From contig JBLWGC010000230.1 of the NCBI GenBank assembly GCA_048772705.1, positions 248,001-312,000 on the forward strand: DNA of 64,000 nt, in the 5' to 3' direction. The notes under the pieces were generated by a model. That model saw only the letters and a list, made by a program, of their open reading frames with translations. It did no database searches and was not told the origin of the DNA. Shown here piece after piece: positions 13,078 to 25,200 of the stretch. Both the position numbers and the translations under genes were made by a program. This DNA comes from Leidyana gryllorum EB-2025a (lineage: Eukaryota > Protista > Apicomplexa). Position 1 is the stretch's first letter. Every line of letters begins with the position of its first letter.

Positions 13078-16000
13078 ATGCGCAGTTTCTCTATTCGGCA
13101 AGCAGCAAGACGTGGCTACCGTATGGGGGAGGCCGATCCTTCCTTCCCCCTCGCTGCGCCGCAAGCGAGGATTTGTCTTCTCCTCAGCAGATTTTCACCG
13201 AGGAGCTGGCCGCGCCCTTGTGCGCGTCTAGCTGAACCTCTGCTTGTAATAAACGTGGCCGTTCGTTCTAATTGTTTAGTGATAAATGGGCCTTGGGGAC
13301 CACCTGAGTACTTGTTGTTCACACCAAGAATCTGTAGGTTGCGTCATCAACAGCTTTCATCGTATTGATTAATTGGAGAAATAGGGTGTCATCCTCCATG
13401 TTCTCGAGGATGGACTTTTAATCTCGGAGGAGGCACTCACGGGTACCGCTAAGGTCATCGGTGTTCTACCAGTTTGGTCGCCTGTACCGCGCTTGCCTCG
13501 AGACCACCCCGATGCTAAACTGCTAACCCCAGGCACTTTAGCCATCGATCGGGATGGGTACGTCTATGTCAATGCAGACCGACACTCTGTTGAATAGTTG
13601 CTATGCGATAGTTCCGTCTTCGGCTGAGACTGCTGTGGTCTGGCTGATAGACCTTAATCACGAGAAGTATCTCGGAATGGAGCGGAAGCACCCGTTTCTC
13701 CCGTCGGACTTTTATGTAGCGAAAAGAGGAGTCTACCAGTGGGACGGACGGCAGGCACAATTCGGTGGGCTACCCCACCGCGTGGAGAAGAAGGTACGGT
13801 AGATGGGGTGCCGCCGCCGAGTGCTTCACGTTTCGCAATCCATAGTTTCTGTCGAATGGCTATCACTGGCAACATATGGGCTTCGACCAACGCCCATTGG
13901 CGCGCACCACTAGTATAAAGTACGCACCCGCCATCGCTTGCCTGTTGGATTTGCAAGATCCATATGGAATTCTTGACTTGCTGTCGCCCAAGAAGGACCC
14001 GAGTGTGACCGCGAGGGATCGGCAGGTGTTATCAACGAGATTTATCAGCTACGATCACAATCACAGGCTGATGGACAAGGGACCGGTGTTCTATGTGGTG
14101 TCGGCGGACCATTGCAACCGTTGCATTGAGCTCAGCTTCTTTGCATGCCCCCTTGCCGTGCCGCTAATGGATAGGCGACCCGTGTTGCCGCAGCTCTACG
14201 GGATGTGGCGGGCGGGACATACTGCACTGCCCACCGCCATTTGCCGGTTTCCCAGTAAGCCACATAGACTCCCTCGGTCACTCATTGCTCAGTTGGCGCG
14301 CCTGCCTCGCGGGACAATGTACAGGTGGAACCTTTCCCCACGGTTACCATAAAGAACGGAGACGAGTCGGTTCAAACATTCTTTGTGACAACAGTAAGAG
14401 CCCAGGCGTGTGTGGTGCGCATCCTCATCGTCGTCGTCGTCGTCTGTGTGATTCGCCGCTAATGTTGACACCATTTCCGTGTTCGCGCAGGGACAGGGCC
14501 TGATATATGTGGTTCACTACAACTTCAAAACTCGTAAGGCCCAACCTATCCAGTTGGTGCGACTATCTGGAGATGGGGTTCCAAGTCAAGTGAACCTGGT
14601 TCCCTTAGAATGGACAGTGCCCAAGGACGACAACACTGCCACCACGGACCTTATAGTCGAGCAGTTCTCCGCTTCTGAGGCCACAAAGGCGATGCATCAG
14701 ACTCTGTATGAGTACAGTGTGGTGCACGCCATGTATGATGAGATGGAACACTATAGCTTGTGCCGCTTGTTCACGAACTATCTCTCATGTACGACGCCAT
14801 TTGACGAGCCCGAGCGGGATTCACAGCTGCGAAAAGTACGTGACAGTGATTGGTCCTCATCCAAACCGATCTATCAGCGGACGATAATGCATGGTGACTG
14901 GCCGGAACCCTCAGAACTAGCGAAGCTGCCGGGGAGAAGCAAACATGCGGAGTTTCTGCTGGAGTTGGCCAGTGCCTATGGAGTAAAGGATGTTATAAAG
15001 TTGCAAAAAGAAGGTACAACACAAGTTTGGGGTCTCAACGTTGGGTGGACAAGGCTGAAGATCCCCTCCGTCGCTTGCAATCCGGTGGTTGGAGATGTCG
15101 TTCTTGTGCGATTGAGATCTCCTGATACCATAGTTGTGGTGACCAGCCAAGGCCGAGGAGCTTTCAAAATCGGCGACACTGGATTGACTCCGCTGGATGT
15201 CGGAAGTCTTGACCAGCTCACCATGGCAGCCCTCAATGGCGAGGAGTCGGGTCAGCCCTTAGGACTGAAAACAACGACAATGGGGGAACCTTCCCCCAAG
15301 AATGGACAATCAAATACGGAGAACGAGATATGGGACGTTCAACAAGTGCGCGGCTCGGAACACATGGGAGCAGATCGATCGATGCTGCTGATCTGTCATT
15401 GTGAGGGCCCAGAAACCAATTGCGAACAGGAGAGCAAGATGCTCAAAGACTTTAGCGAAGCACTACCGGCTGCAATGGCGGGCAGCCCTTTGAAAGCAGC
15501 TTTCCAGCGAGGGCGATGGCCTCGCAGCTGCTTGAAACGGCTGCCGCGAATATTCGAGGGGTCTGTCCTGCAAACAGCATCACGCTTAGAGTTCACCTTC
15601 GACGCTATTGACGACATAGGCGCCAGCTCGGATGAAGACGCAGCGCGAAGCGTTCTTGTCACCCGTACCCCGGGTGGTGATGGTCTGATGGTCCGACACA
15701 TCATAGCGAGCCCGCCCCCGTCAAGCACTAACGGTTGGCATACCAGACTGCCTACTGATACGCAAAACATGTCGGAGGTTCCGACGGGCTTGAGCGGGTG
15801 GGCTGTGCAGTGTATTCTCGGATGCAACACTGGCCGGCCTTTGCTCTCATATGTTGACAAATGGAGATACCTATTCGTTCTGCGGGACGGCCGTGTGATT
15901 ATATTCCAATCCGCCCCCGGCCGCGAAGACAAATACGTTATTGAACCTGAAAAGGTTGGAAGTGACTTTCGAGGAGTGCTGGTCTGGCACGCGGTGCGAT

Positions 16001-19000
16001 TTTTCGAGGACAAGAATTGCGCACGCGTTGTAGCCGAAGTGATTGAGGAGAATAACCAGCACTATGTACTGTCCTATAATATAGACCTCGAACAGAAAAC
16101 TGTTCGATTCATGAGCGTGACTATTTCAACGGTCACCGACGCTATCGGGTGGTTTAGTAAAGAGGACGAAGATAAGGTTTACCGCATAGGATTTGGACTG
16201 GGTGGCGATACTTACAGTGTGGATTCTGTGAGTGCGTGCGTATCTGTGCTATACGAACGCTCGACCGGTGAATGGGTGTGCGAACGGCAGCAGGTGGGGG
16301 ATCTGCCCGAGTACTACGCCGTCAAACTCACGGTATCCAATTCATCTACGAGCACCAACGCGATGGCGATCGCCATGCAGGAAAACGAGCGCGTGCTTGT
16401 TGCACTCCTGCAGGACGCAGCTTTGGAACTATTTGTGTTTGACTTGACGAGCCGCAACTGGTTGTATCATGACACAATATCTTCCCTCGTGTTACCGCGT
16501 GGACCTCTGAGACTCGCAAGCTATGGATACCGAGTGATATGCCTTCAAGGGGTCGATCCGTCCAGCTTGTACATCATAAGGATTGCGGACTGTGTGAAAG
16601 ATCCGCCGTTCTACTCGACCGACATCTACTTCCTCATCTCGAAGATTTGTTTGCCGGATCAAGCGAACGTATTGAGCGTTCAGGTGTTACAGAAAGATGC
16701 GGGGATATTGGTTGTGTCCGGCAGATCGTCGACTGCTCCCACTGCCACCCATGTTGTGGCGGAAGTATGGACGTCTCCGCACTGCGGTCACCAAAAGTCG
16801 CCAGCCACTCTCATGGATAGTGAATATGTTCTCCGCGATACTGTCGTGTCAGGTGCTTATATGCACGAGGATAGTAATGTATATCTATCGGCTGTCAAAG
16901 TCGTAAAATGTGCAGCCGGACATTACGTTGTTGGGTCGCTGTTGTTGTTCGATCCATGCGCGGATCAGCCAATCTGCGGACTTGAGCTCGCTCCGGTCCG
17001 ATTGCTGCGCGAAAGTGATCGACATACGCGCGAAGACGCAACAGAAATGTCCGCCAAACCCGACGTGGGCGAAGTACCCACCTGTATATCTGGAATTGTG
17101 GACGCCCACGGCAAACAATTAGTGGCTGTGGGCACACTGCGTATGGCTGTATGGCAGGAGATGTATCCCCAGTACTGTGCCGGTCCGGGACGGGTCTTGG
17201 TATACGAAGATAGACATCATCTGAACAGAACAGGCGGTTTGCCAGCCTCTCTGCATGATCCCGCCATTGTCTTCTTCGTTGACCGAAACGGACCCAGCGA
17301 TACTGCTGAAGGGTACAACTTGGCAATCGCCTCCGCTATCGAAGAGGGAGTCATGTTACCCATCCAAAAGTTTCAGCAAGATGGAGAAGCCTTCTGGCCA
17401 GCATTTCTCCAGGGAGAACCCCTTCAGATGCTTTGCAGGCATGAGGTGTGTGGTATCGATCTCATCTTTGTACGCCGGCTACGTCTGGCAACGCCCACCT
17501 ATGCCTGGCTACCCCTGCATACTCTCACAACGATGCATTCTGCCATGACTGAACCAACTAATGACGACCCAACTTACATGGGAGAAGAAGGGATAGACGT
17601 CAGCAGACCAATCGACATACCAAACGGCGATGTTGATGAAGCGCCGTGGGACGAAAATGAGGTTCGGGTGGAACAGGATTTGATCCGCCACAGAATATAC
17701 AAAGAGCTCAAACTCCCCACCAAAGCGGAGTACTTCTTCGACTGCATTTGTGAACTGCGCTTTGAACAAGGCGTGCAGGCTGTCGAACTCCTACAACAAA
17801 GCGATGACAGGGTGGTCGTGCTGTGCGCGAACGGTCGCTACTTGACAATGATCCAGCTTACTGACGAAGGTCCACTCGCTCTTGTCAGTATACCCTTTGC
17901 GATGACTACTCTCACTCTACAACGCATTAGCGACAATAAATGCATTAGTATTGACTGTTTAGAGTCGGATGGTACTATCGATTGGACTCGCAATGTCCGA
18001 TTGTGGACTGCTCTCGACCCTGAAACCCGCCCAGCAGCCCCCTCCGGCCAGTTTGTTCTTGGACATCATCATTATCGAAGTGGTGAGCATGACTCTTTGC
18101 GCCTTTGTGTGTGGTGTGTGTATCATTGCTCTGTGTCTGCGTGCTTGCTCTGTGTGCCTGGCACTAGTGAATAATTTGTCAGTCGTCCCTCTGGGTCCGT
18201 GCACCGGTTACGGGGCGCTGGACACCGGTCACTTGATCGGAGCCATCGATATGCTCGACAACAGTATTTGTGTGATACACTTCCGTGATCTGTCTTCGGT
18301 GACAACATGCGAAGACGTTGTAAGCGAAGAAGGGGAGGAAACAGCGGACACCCATCAGAAGTGGGCACGGAGAGAGTTACGATTGGGTCACGAGTTATTT
18401 GAGATCAACAAAACTGGATCTGAAGGCGGTCCGGGAGCGGTGGTAAGTCACGAAGCTTCTCGAGGCCCTAACAGAATGTCTTGCAGCTGACCCGATATTT
18501 GGTCCGTTCCAAGGTGCCGCCTGCGGCCTTGGCTGGGGAGTTTGGCGATCAGGGCTGTCGACTGAATGTGATTGATGCGAACGCCACTCCCTGTGGGGCT
18601 TTGGTGTTGCTAAAGTGCTTCAGTCCCACATTCGTGTGGACTGACTGGAATGACACCCATCATGTTGTATATGGGGAGACAAATGTGGAAGCTGCGGGTA
18701 TCAGAGAGTCTTTGGTGGGCGCGTGCTCTCTGCAGGTCCTTCTGGATTGGCGCAAGGCCTTGACTCTTGTAGATTTATGGGCTCAGGATGATCGTCGTAA
18801 TCCAGTGCGTGAAGGTCAAATACCAGGGAGGACGAAGAAGCGAACGTGGGAGGAGAACAAATGCATCGATTTCGTCGCAGCCCAAATCAGTCCTTGGGCC
18901 TCTCGTATCTCCGACTTCGACAATATGGATGGGTACGGATATCGATTGCGGCGGGTGAACCGTGAGTGTGATTACAGATATGTAAATGGTGAGATTTTCT

Positions 19001-19853
19001 GTGTCTGTCAGACGTCACTGGGCTGCCTTTTTTTCGCGCTCGCACTGATGTCAAACGGCGAGAGGCTGCTGATATGCAGCTGAAGCAAGAGATGAAACAC
19101 ATGGAGCACGATTACCCAAGAAGCTTGTACGATAGGCTTCCTCCAGCGAACGCGGACGAGTTGAGAGCACACGCGCAAGTAGGGAACCGGATGCATGCGT
19201 TGAGCAAACTGGCTCAACCGGATATCAGTGTGTTTGGGACGGTTTCGTTGAGCTGGTTGCGGATCTTTATCGAAGAGCGCGTGGGCCGTCTGCCAGACAA
19301 GCGTTACTTGTCTCATGCCTTAGCCCTCCTGAGGAGCGTGCGACGGGTTGAGCAAGGTCGATGCGGCCTGAGGCGCACTATCCAAGACGTGACGGTTCGC
19401 ACCCCTGTGTGTCAGGATGTCACGAGTCCGCCGGCCTGTCGCATAGGCCCTGACGGGCGGCCTGAATATGACTACGGACCGTTTCTCCCATACATACAGC
19501 GGGGGATTCGGTTCGAAAGAACCCGTCTGATGCCGGTCCAGCTGGGGAATGCGGGTCAATCTGAAATCGTAAACGGCTATCGAGAGGTCAGGTTCTGCTT
19601 TCATCAACTATGGGCCCTGTTCGAAAACATTCTCGATTCGCGGCTTGGTTTAGTCGACGTCAGCGAGATACGACGGGTGGCAATGAAAGGGGATCCAGCT
19701 TATCATTTCCACATGGTCCAATGGCATCGAGAACTGGAGGGTGGTGAGTTCTTTGAGAGAGTCCAGGCGTGGGTTCGTGCCCCCCTCCGAAGGATTGGCC
19801 AGAGATCGAACATCATTGACTTACAGAGACAGACACACACCGATTCGAAATAG
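13078..19853 (+). CDS. Large multi-exon protein, probably a divergent DDB1/CPSF160/SF3B3-family beta-propeller protein
   Basis: Chain of same-strand ORFs (13554, 13876, 14479-18174, 18481, 19074-19853) with plausible short introns between them. Beta-strand-rich. Motif LVAVGTL...GPGRVLVYE resembles the CPSF_A-type 'VGT...GRI' blade. N-terminal VILHVLEDGLLISEEALTGTAKVI resembles the DDB1 N-terminus. The family call is by eye, and this could be more than one gene. Confidence 0.4.
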
Positions 19854-20305
19854 TTTTGGTTGGTGAGGGGGTTATTAGTGAGGGCAAGCGTAGAGTTACA
19901 CAGAAGAACGAACATTCGATAAAATGGTACCTTGTGATTAGGGTACACGAAATCTGCAGAAATGGCCATCGTTCTGGGGTCTTTGCTGGGTCTTGATGAT
20001 GTACAAAGGACAGTGGGGATGGATGGAGCATTTTCGGCCACTCGGCACGTGCATTTGAGCATCTGTCTGGATGCCATGGAAGGCTGGGTGGTGTCCAGCT
20101 AGAGAGATATCCAATAAAGTACGCATACATACGCTCATGACGACGACTGGGGTGTGAGTCAAGGATCTGTAGATATCACCGGCGACGCTTCTTGCGCGCT
20201 GGCCGGCACATTGACCCGCTTTCAGACAGATTCCTCCTCGCCTCTACACTCCCTCCTCCTCTATTGCAGCTTTCAGGCGGGAAACATCTCGATCTCCACT
20301 GCGTT

Positions 20306-21739
20306 TCAATTGGACTCGAGTTCTTCGAATGGCGGGCTGTCGGCTGGGCGCATGCCCCATTTGGTCACAGCTCCCGCAATCAAACCGACAGCTGCCGCGC
20401 CTCCAACAGTAACTCCAACAATCAATCCCACGGGCGCACCCTCTTCGTTGATGGTGGTATGAGGCGGGGGAGTGGACGAGCTCGTGTTGCTGCCACCCCC
20501 ATTGTTGTTGTTTCCGTCTTCATCACTGTTTCCGTCTTCATCACTGTTTCCGTCTCCGTCGCTGTTTCCTCCTCCAGGAGTAGTGTTCTTTTCGTCGTCC
20601 TCGTCGGTGGCTCCATTGTTGTTGTTGTCGTCGCCATCACTATCGGGTTCGGTTGTCTTCGAGTTGTTGTCTCCGTCGCTGCCCCCGTCTACGTCACTGC
20701 CCCCGTCTCCATCGCTGTCACTATCTCCGCCGTTAGCGGCACAAACTTCACCGAGGTAGCGACTCAAAATGTTTTGAATCGCTGCTTTCAACTTGAGCTC
20801 CGGTTCATCAACTGGGGTCAAAGAGTTGTCGGGGTAGAGTTCCAATGGTGTCAGTCTAAAGTCCAGATCGTTTGCAGCATTGAAGTTTGGATTGCAGGTC
20901 GCGTCGGGGTCCGAGGGGTGGAAGTCATCAGGATCGCAGCTCGTCTCAACTTTGTACTGTTGTTTGTACAGCTCTCCCATCCACCAAGTCCACAGGTCAT
21001 TAGCCTGCCGTTGCTCTGAAGGTGTGACTCCTGGCGTAACGAGAATGGTTGCCACATTGATCTTTGCGTCCAATATTTGATTCCTGAGAGTCGCGGTATT
21101 TGGGTATGTTCGGGTTTTACAATCCTCCTCCTCGTCGTCCCAGTATGTGTTATCGTGAGTGATGGTCGGACAGTTTGATGCGGACTCGCAGGTCGTAGGC
21201 GACCAACTCTCGCCATAAGCTCTGGTGTTGGTGATGTGAATAACAATACGGGCGCGCTCGAACTTCTCGGTCGCCTCGTTGTACACTGGCTCTGTCCAGC
21301 CTATCTCGGGGTGGATCACGCTGTACAGAAGCCCATAAAAGTTGCTGTCGGGCGCATCGCGTCCGCCGGTGTGCAAGTAGTTGCGCAACGTTTCACCAAC
21401 GGCACCAACTTCTTCGACTCCCACCAAGGGCCAGTCAACCTTCGCGCAATAGTCTTCCTCGTTTCCCATCTCCTTGATTGGCTTGTCTCTGAATGTGATC
21501 AAGCCGACTTTGCTCTGAGGATTTGTGGTTTCCAACTCGTCCATAATGTCTTTCAGTACGGCGCCGGTTTTCCCTACGTAGCCCTCCAACTCAATGGCTG
21601 TCTCGACCTTCTCTCCATCGAGCTCAGTCAGAACAAAGGAAGTGACATCATGAACTAACACTAGTTCAACTGGGACCCCACATTCGGCCCCGGAGACAAT
21701 AGCAGTTCCAACCAAACTTCCCAGCAGTAATGTCCTCAT
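20306..21739 (-). CDS. Intronless type I membrane protein with one integrin-beta-I-like vWA domain, an acidic G/D/N/S stalk, a TM helix and a short acidic tail
   Basis: Signal peptide MRTLLLGSLVGTAIVSGA. vWA motifs CGVPVELVLVHDVT, KVGLITFRDKP, GGRDAPDS, IGW and ARIVIHITN. TM VGLIVGVTVGGAAAVGLIAGAV. Tail KWGMRPADSPPFEELESN. Confidence 0.85.
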   Translation of the reverse strand: MRTLLLGSLVGTAIVSGAECGVPVELVLVHDVTSFVLTELDGEKVETAIELEGYVGKTGAVLKDIMDELETTNPQSKVGLITFRDKPIKEMGNEEDYCAKVDWPLVGVEEVGAVGETLRNYLHTGGRDAPDSNFYGLLYSVIHPEIGWTEPVYNEATEKFERARIVIHITNTRAYGESWSPTTCESASNCPTITHDNTYWDDEEEDCKTRTYPNTATLRNQILDAKINVATILVTPGVTPSEQRQANDLWTWWMGELYKQQYKVETSCDPDDFHPSDPDATCNPNFNAANDLDFRLTPLELYPDNSLTPVDEPELKLKAAIQNILSRYLGEVCAANGGDSDSDGDGGSDVDGGSDGDNNSKTTEPDSDGDDNNNNGATDEDDEKNTTPGGGNSDGDGNSDEDGNSDEDGNNNNGGGSNTSSSTPPPHTTINEEGAPVGLIVGVTVGGAAAVGLIAGAVTKWGMRPADSPPFEELESN

Positions 21740-21874
21740 CTTCTTGATGTTCCCGAAAAGTAAGCGAGATCTGTCTGGGCCAGCAACTCGAAACCCCAAC
21801 ACACACAAATGTTTCTTTCACTTTGGATCTCAGATCCCAACTAACTCACTCAATCCAGCAACTACCTCGTTTTC

Positions 21875-21915
21875 TGGTGGTGGTGGTGGTGGTGGTGGTG
21901 GTGGTGGTGATGATG
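21875..21915. repeat. (TGG)n microsatellite followed by (TGA)3
   Basis: About 11-12 perfect TGG units read directly, about 135 bp upstream of the ATG at 21739. Confidence 0.95.
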
Positions 21916-22203
21916 AGAGTAGGACAGCTTGCTAACTCGATAAGCTTAAGTGTTGAGGCGCCGTTAAAATGAAAGACCGAACAAGTCAACAGCACGCACG
22001 GTCACCACCCAGTGTAGTCTGACACAACATGGAGTCAGACGTTGAAACTTGCACCATCTGCGCGCTGGTGGTTTCATGACCGACTGCAAACTTAGCCAAA
22101 AACATGATGGACAGCGAATGTGATAGGTACCAATTAGTCTATCGATCACTCGGTTGGAATTAAACCATCACAACCCTCTGTCCACCACACTCATTTCGTT
22201 CTA

Positions 22204-25200
22204 TCATTCCGTATTCTCAATTAAAACCTCATCGTCGAGAAACTCATCCCCGCCAGTCCATCGACTGTAAGATAACGCCGCCACTCCTATGCCAGCCAGA
22301 CCCACACCGGCCACGGCACCCAAAGTGGAACTCAGAATTACCGCTAGACTCCCATCAACCTCGTCAATCACAGTCTGTATCAATGTCCGATACGCCCCGG
22401 TATATGTGGTCGACGTGGTCGAAGCTTGATCAGGATCGGTAGTCTGGGTGCTGTCACCTCCATCGGAATCGGTACTTCCTCCATCGCCTCCCGCCGGGTC
22501 CGTACGTGAACCTTCGTCGGTACATCCGCCCTCATCGGAATCACTGCATTCACCATCCGGATCCGTACAGTCACCATCGCCTCCCGCCGGCTCGGTACAA
22601 GCACCTGGATCGGTACATCCGAGATCGGGCTCGGTACTTCCACCATCATCGGGATCGGTGCCTACAGGATCGGTACAAGCACCTGGATCGGTACATCCGA
22701 GATCGGGCTCGGTACTTCCACCATCATCGGGATCGGTGCCTACAGGATCGGTACAAGCACCTGGATCGGTACATCCGAGATCGGGCTCGGTACTTCCACC
22801 AGCATCGGGATCGGTGCCTACAGGATCGGTACATCCACCTTCGTCGGTACAAACATCATCATCGGATTGGGTACTTCCACCATCTGGATCAGTGGTCGCT
22901 GACGTCGTCTCTTCTTCAGTGTCTTGAGAGAAGTCAGGAGTCAGAGTCCCGGTCATACAAACAGACTCGTGGGCTGTATCGATGAAGTCTCGGAGTAACT
23001 GTGTGGCCTCAGGACAGTACTCCTCCGGACAGAGCATCAATTGAGAACGACTCTGACCCAGGTGATCGGTCAATAGAGATGTATAGATGTCCGCTGCTCG
23101 TTGGTCAACGCGGCCACCGAACTCCGCGACCGCATTGAGACGAGAAACTACACAGGCATTAACCTCTTGGTCATCACCCACAATCGAGCCATATGTAGCC
23201 CGATCTGGAACCGGCTCCACTGGGACCAGCAAGACGCCGAGGTTTATGCCGTTGTTTAGCAAAGATTCTGCGACTTCCGTAATCTTCGGATACTCATAAG
23301 TTGAACACTCCTCATCCCATCCAGCCCAAAGACGATCTCGGGCAAACCACTCCTTCCCCGGGAAGACGTTATAATCGGTGTAGAGGACTGCATCGCCGTC
23401 CTGATGCGGTGGTGAATCTGTGACCAAAATCACATAACGAGCTGTCGTATGGCCTGGAGACGTGGGTTTATTCTCAACTCGCCGCCAGTTCACTCCTGGG
23501 TCCCGTGCAGCACCCATAAGGGCCACCCACTGGGCTTCGGACATATCACAACCACCTTCGGAAGCGAGAGATCGCATTACATCCGGCAGCCGAGAGTATT
23601 GCGATGTCAGAGGGACAGTCAAGTCACCACAGGTGTCCGTAGTGGTACCCAGATTGGGGACTGGTTTGTCCTGGAATGACAACAGCCCAACATTGCTGCC
23701 GGGATGAGTCTCCTCAATATAATGCAGAAGACCTTCTACCGAAGCCGCCACATTATGGATGGTAGTCTGGAGACCCGACGTGATATCTTGAACGATCAAC
23801 AGATCAATGGGCCCGTTGGTACACGAAATGTCTACTTCTTCCTCGGTTGTGGGATCAACGATCTCCTCCTCAGTGGATCGGGAGAAATCTAAAGTCAGTG
23901 TACCGCCCTCCTCGGTATCAAAAGTCGTCACTGCCGACATCGTTTCGTCACTCCCAGTGGAACTCTGTGGCGACATAGTCTCGTCAGTCTCGGTGGTACT
24001 CAGTGTCGACGTCGTCTCCTCTGTCTCAGTGGTACTCAATGTCGACGTCGTCTCCTCTGTCTCGGTGGTACTCAGTGTTGACGTCGTCTCGCCAGTCTCG
24101 GTGGTACTCAGTGTCGACGTCGTCTTGCCAGTCTCGGTGGTACTCAGTGTCGACGTCGTCTCCTCTGTCTCAGTGGTACTCAATGTCGACGTCGTCTCCT
24201 CTGTCTCGGTGGTACTCAGTGTTGACGTCGTCTCCTCTGTCTCAGTGGTACTCAATGTCGACGTCGTCTCCTCTGTCTCGGAGGTACTCAGTGTCGACGT
24301 CGTCTCGCCAGTCTCGGTGGTACTCAATGTCGACGTCGTCTCGCCAGTCTCGGTGGTACTCAATGTCGACGTTGTCTCCTCAGTCTCGGTGGTACTCAAT
24401 GTCGACGTCGTCTCGCCAGTCTCAGTGGTACTCAACGTCGACGTCGTCTCGTCAGTCTCGGTGGTACTCAATGTCGACGTCGTCTCGCCAGTCTCGGTGG
24501 TACTCAATGTCGACGTCGTCTCCTCTGTCTCGGTGGTACTCAGTGTCGACGTCGTCTCCTCTGTCTCAGTGGTACTCAATGTCGACGTCGTCGCCTCTGT
24601 CTCGGTGGTACTCAGTGTCGACGTCGTCTCGCCAGTCTCGGTGGTACTCAGTGTCGACGTCGTCTTGCCAGTCTCGGTGGTACTCAGTGTCGACGTCGTC
24701 TCCTCTGTCTCAGTGGTACTCAGTGTCGACGTCGTCGCCTCAGTCTCGGTGGTACTCAATGCCGACGTCGTCTCCTCTGTCTCAGTGGTACTCAGTGTCG
24801 ACGTCGTCGCCTCAGTCTCGGTGGTACTCAATGCCGACGTCGTCTCCTCCGTCTCATTGGTGGTCAGTGGCGACGTCGTCGCCTCAGTCTCGGTGGTACT
24901 CAGTGTTGACGTCGTCTCCTCCGCCTCAGTGGTAGCTGGGGTGGTGGGCAGCTCGTGTATGGTGGTCCCCGCTTGCGAAAGAGCGGGTTTCTCCGTGTAG
25001 TGATGGGTGGTGACTACCGGTTCGGTTGTAACCTCTAGCTCAGTCGGTTGAGAGAAGTCCGGGGTTGGTGTTCCACTGGAACAAACAGCCTCGTGGGCGC
25101 GGTCAATGAAGTTTTGCATCAGGTGAAACGACTCAGGACAGTTGTCTTCAGGGCAGAGGAAAAGATAGGGATCCTCTTGACCGATTCCGCCCCTAAGTAA

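Noticed and set aside
20270-20308. Possible TGA readthrough or selenocysteine after the first vWA gene (TGA-NAVEIEMFPA-TGA)
   Set aside because: The extension is only 10 codons, no SECIS is evident, and TGA is used as a normal stop in other genes here.
23975-24930. 36-bp repeats resembling a CRISPR array in unit length
   Set aside because: The units are head-to-tail with no unique spacers and lie in frame within a eukaryotic ORF. No cas genes are present.
23807-25000. Long Val-rich and Ser-rich plus-strand ORFs (also 25967-26809, 22448-22927, and minus-strand 58683-59015)
   Set aside because: These are antisense shadows of Thr-rich or acidic tandem repeats that happen to lack stop codons.
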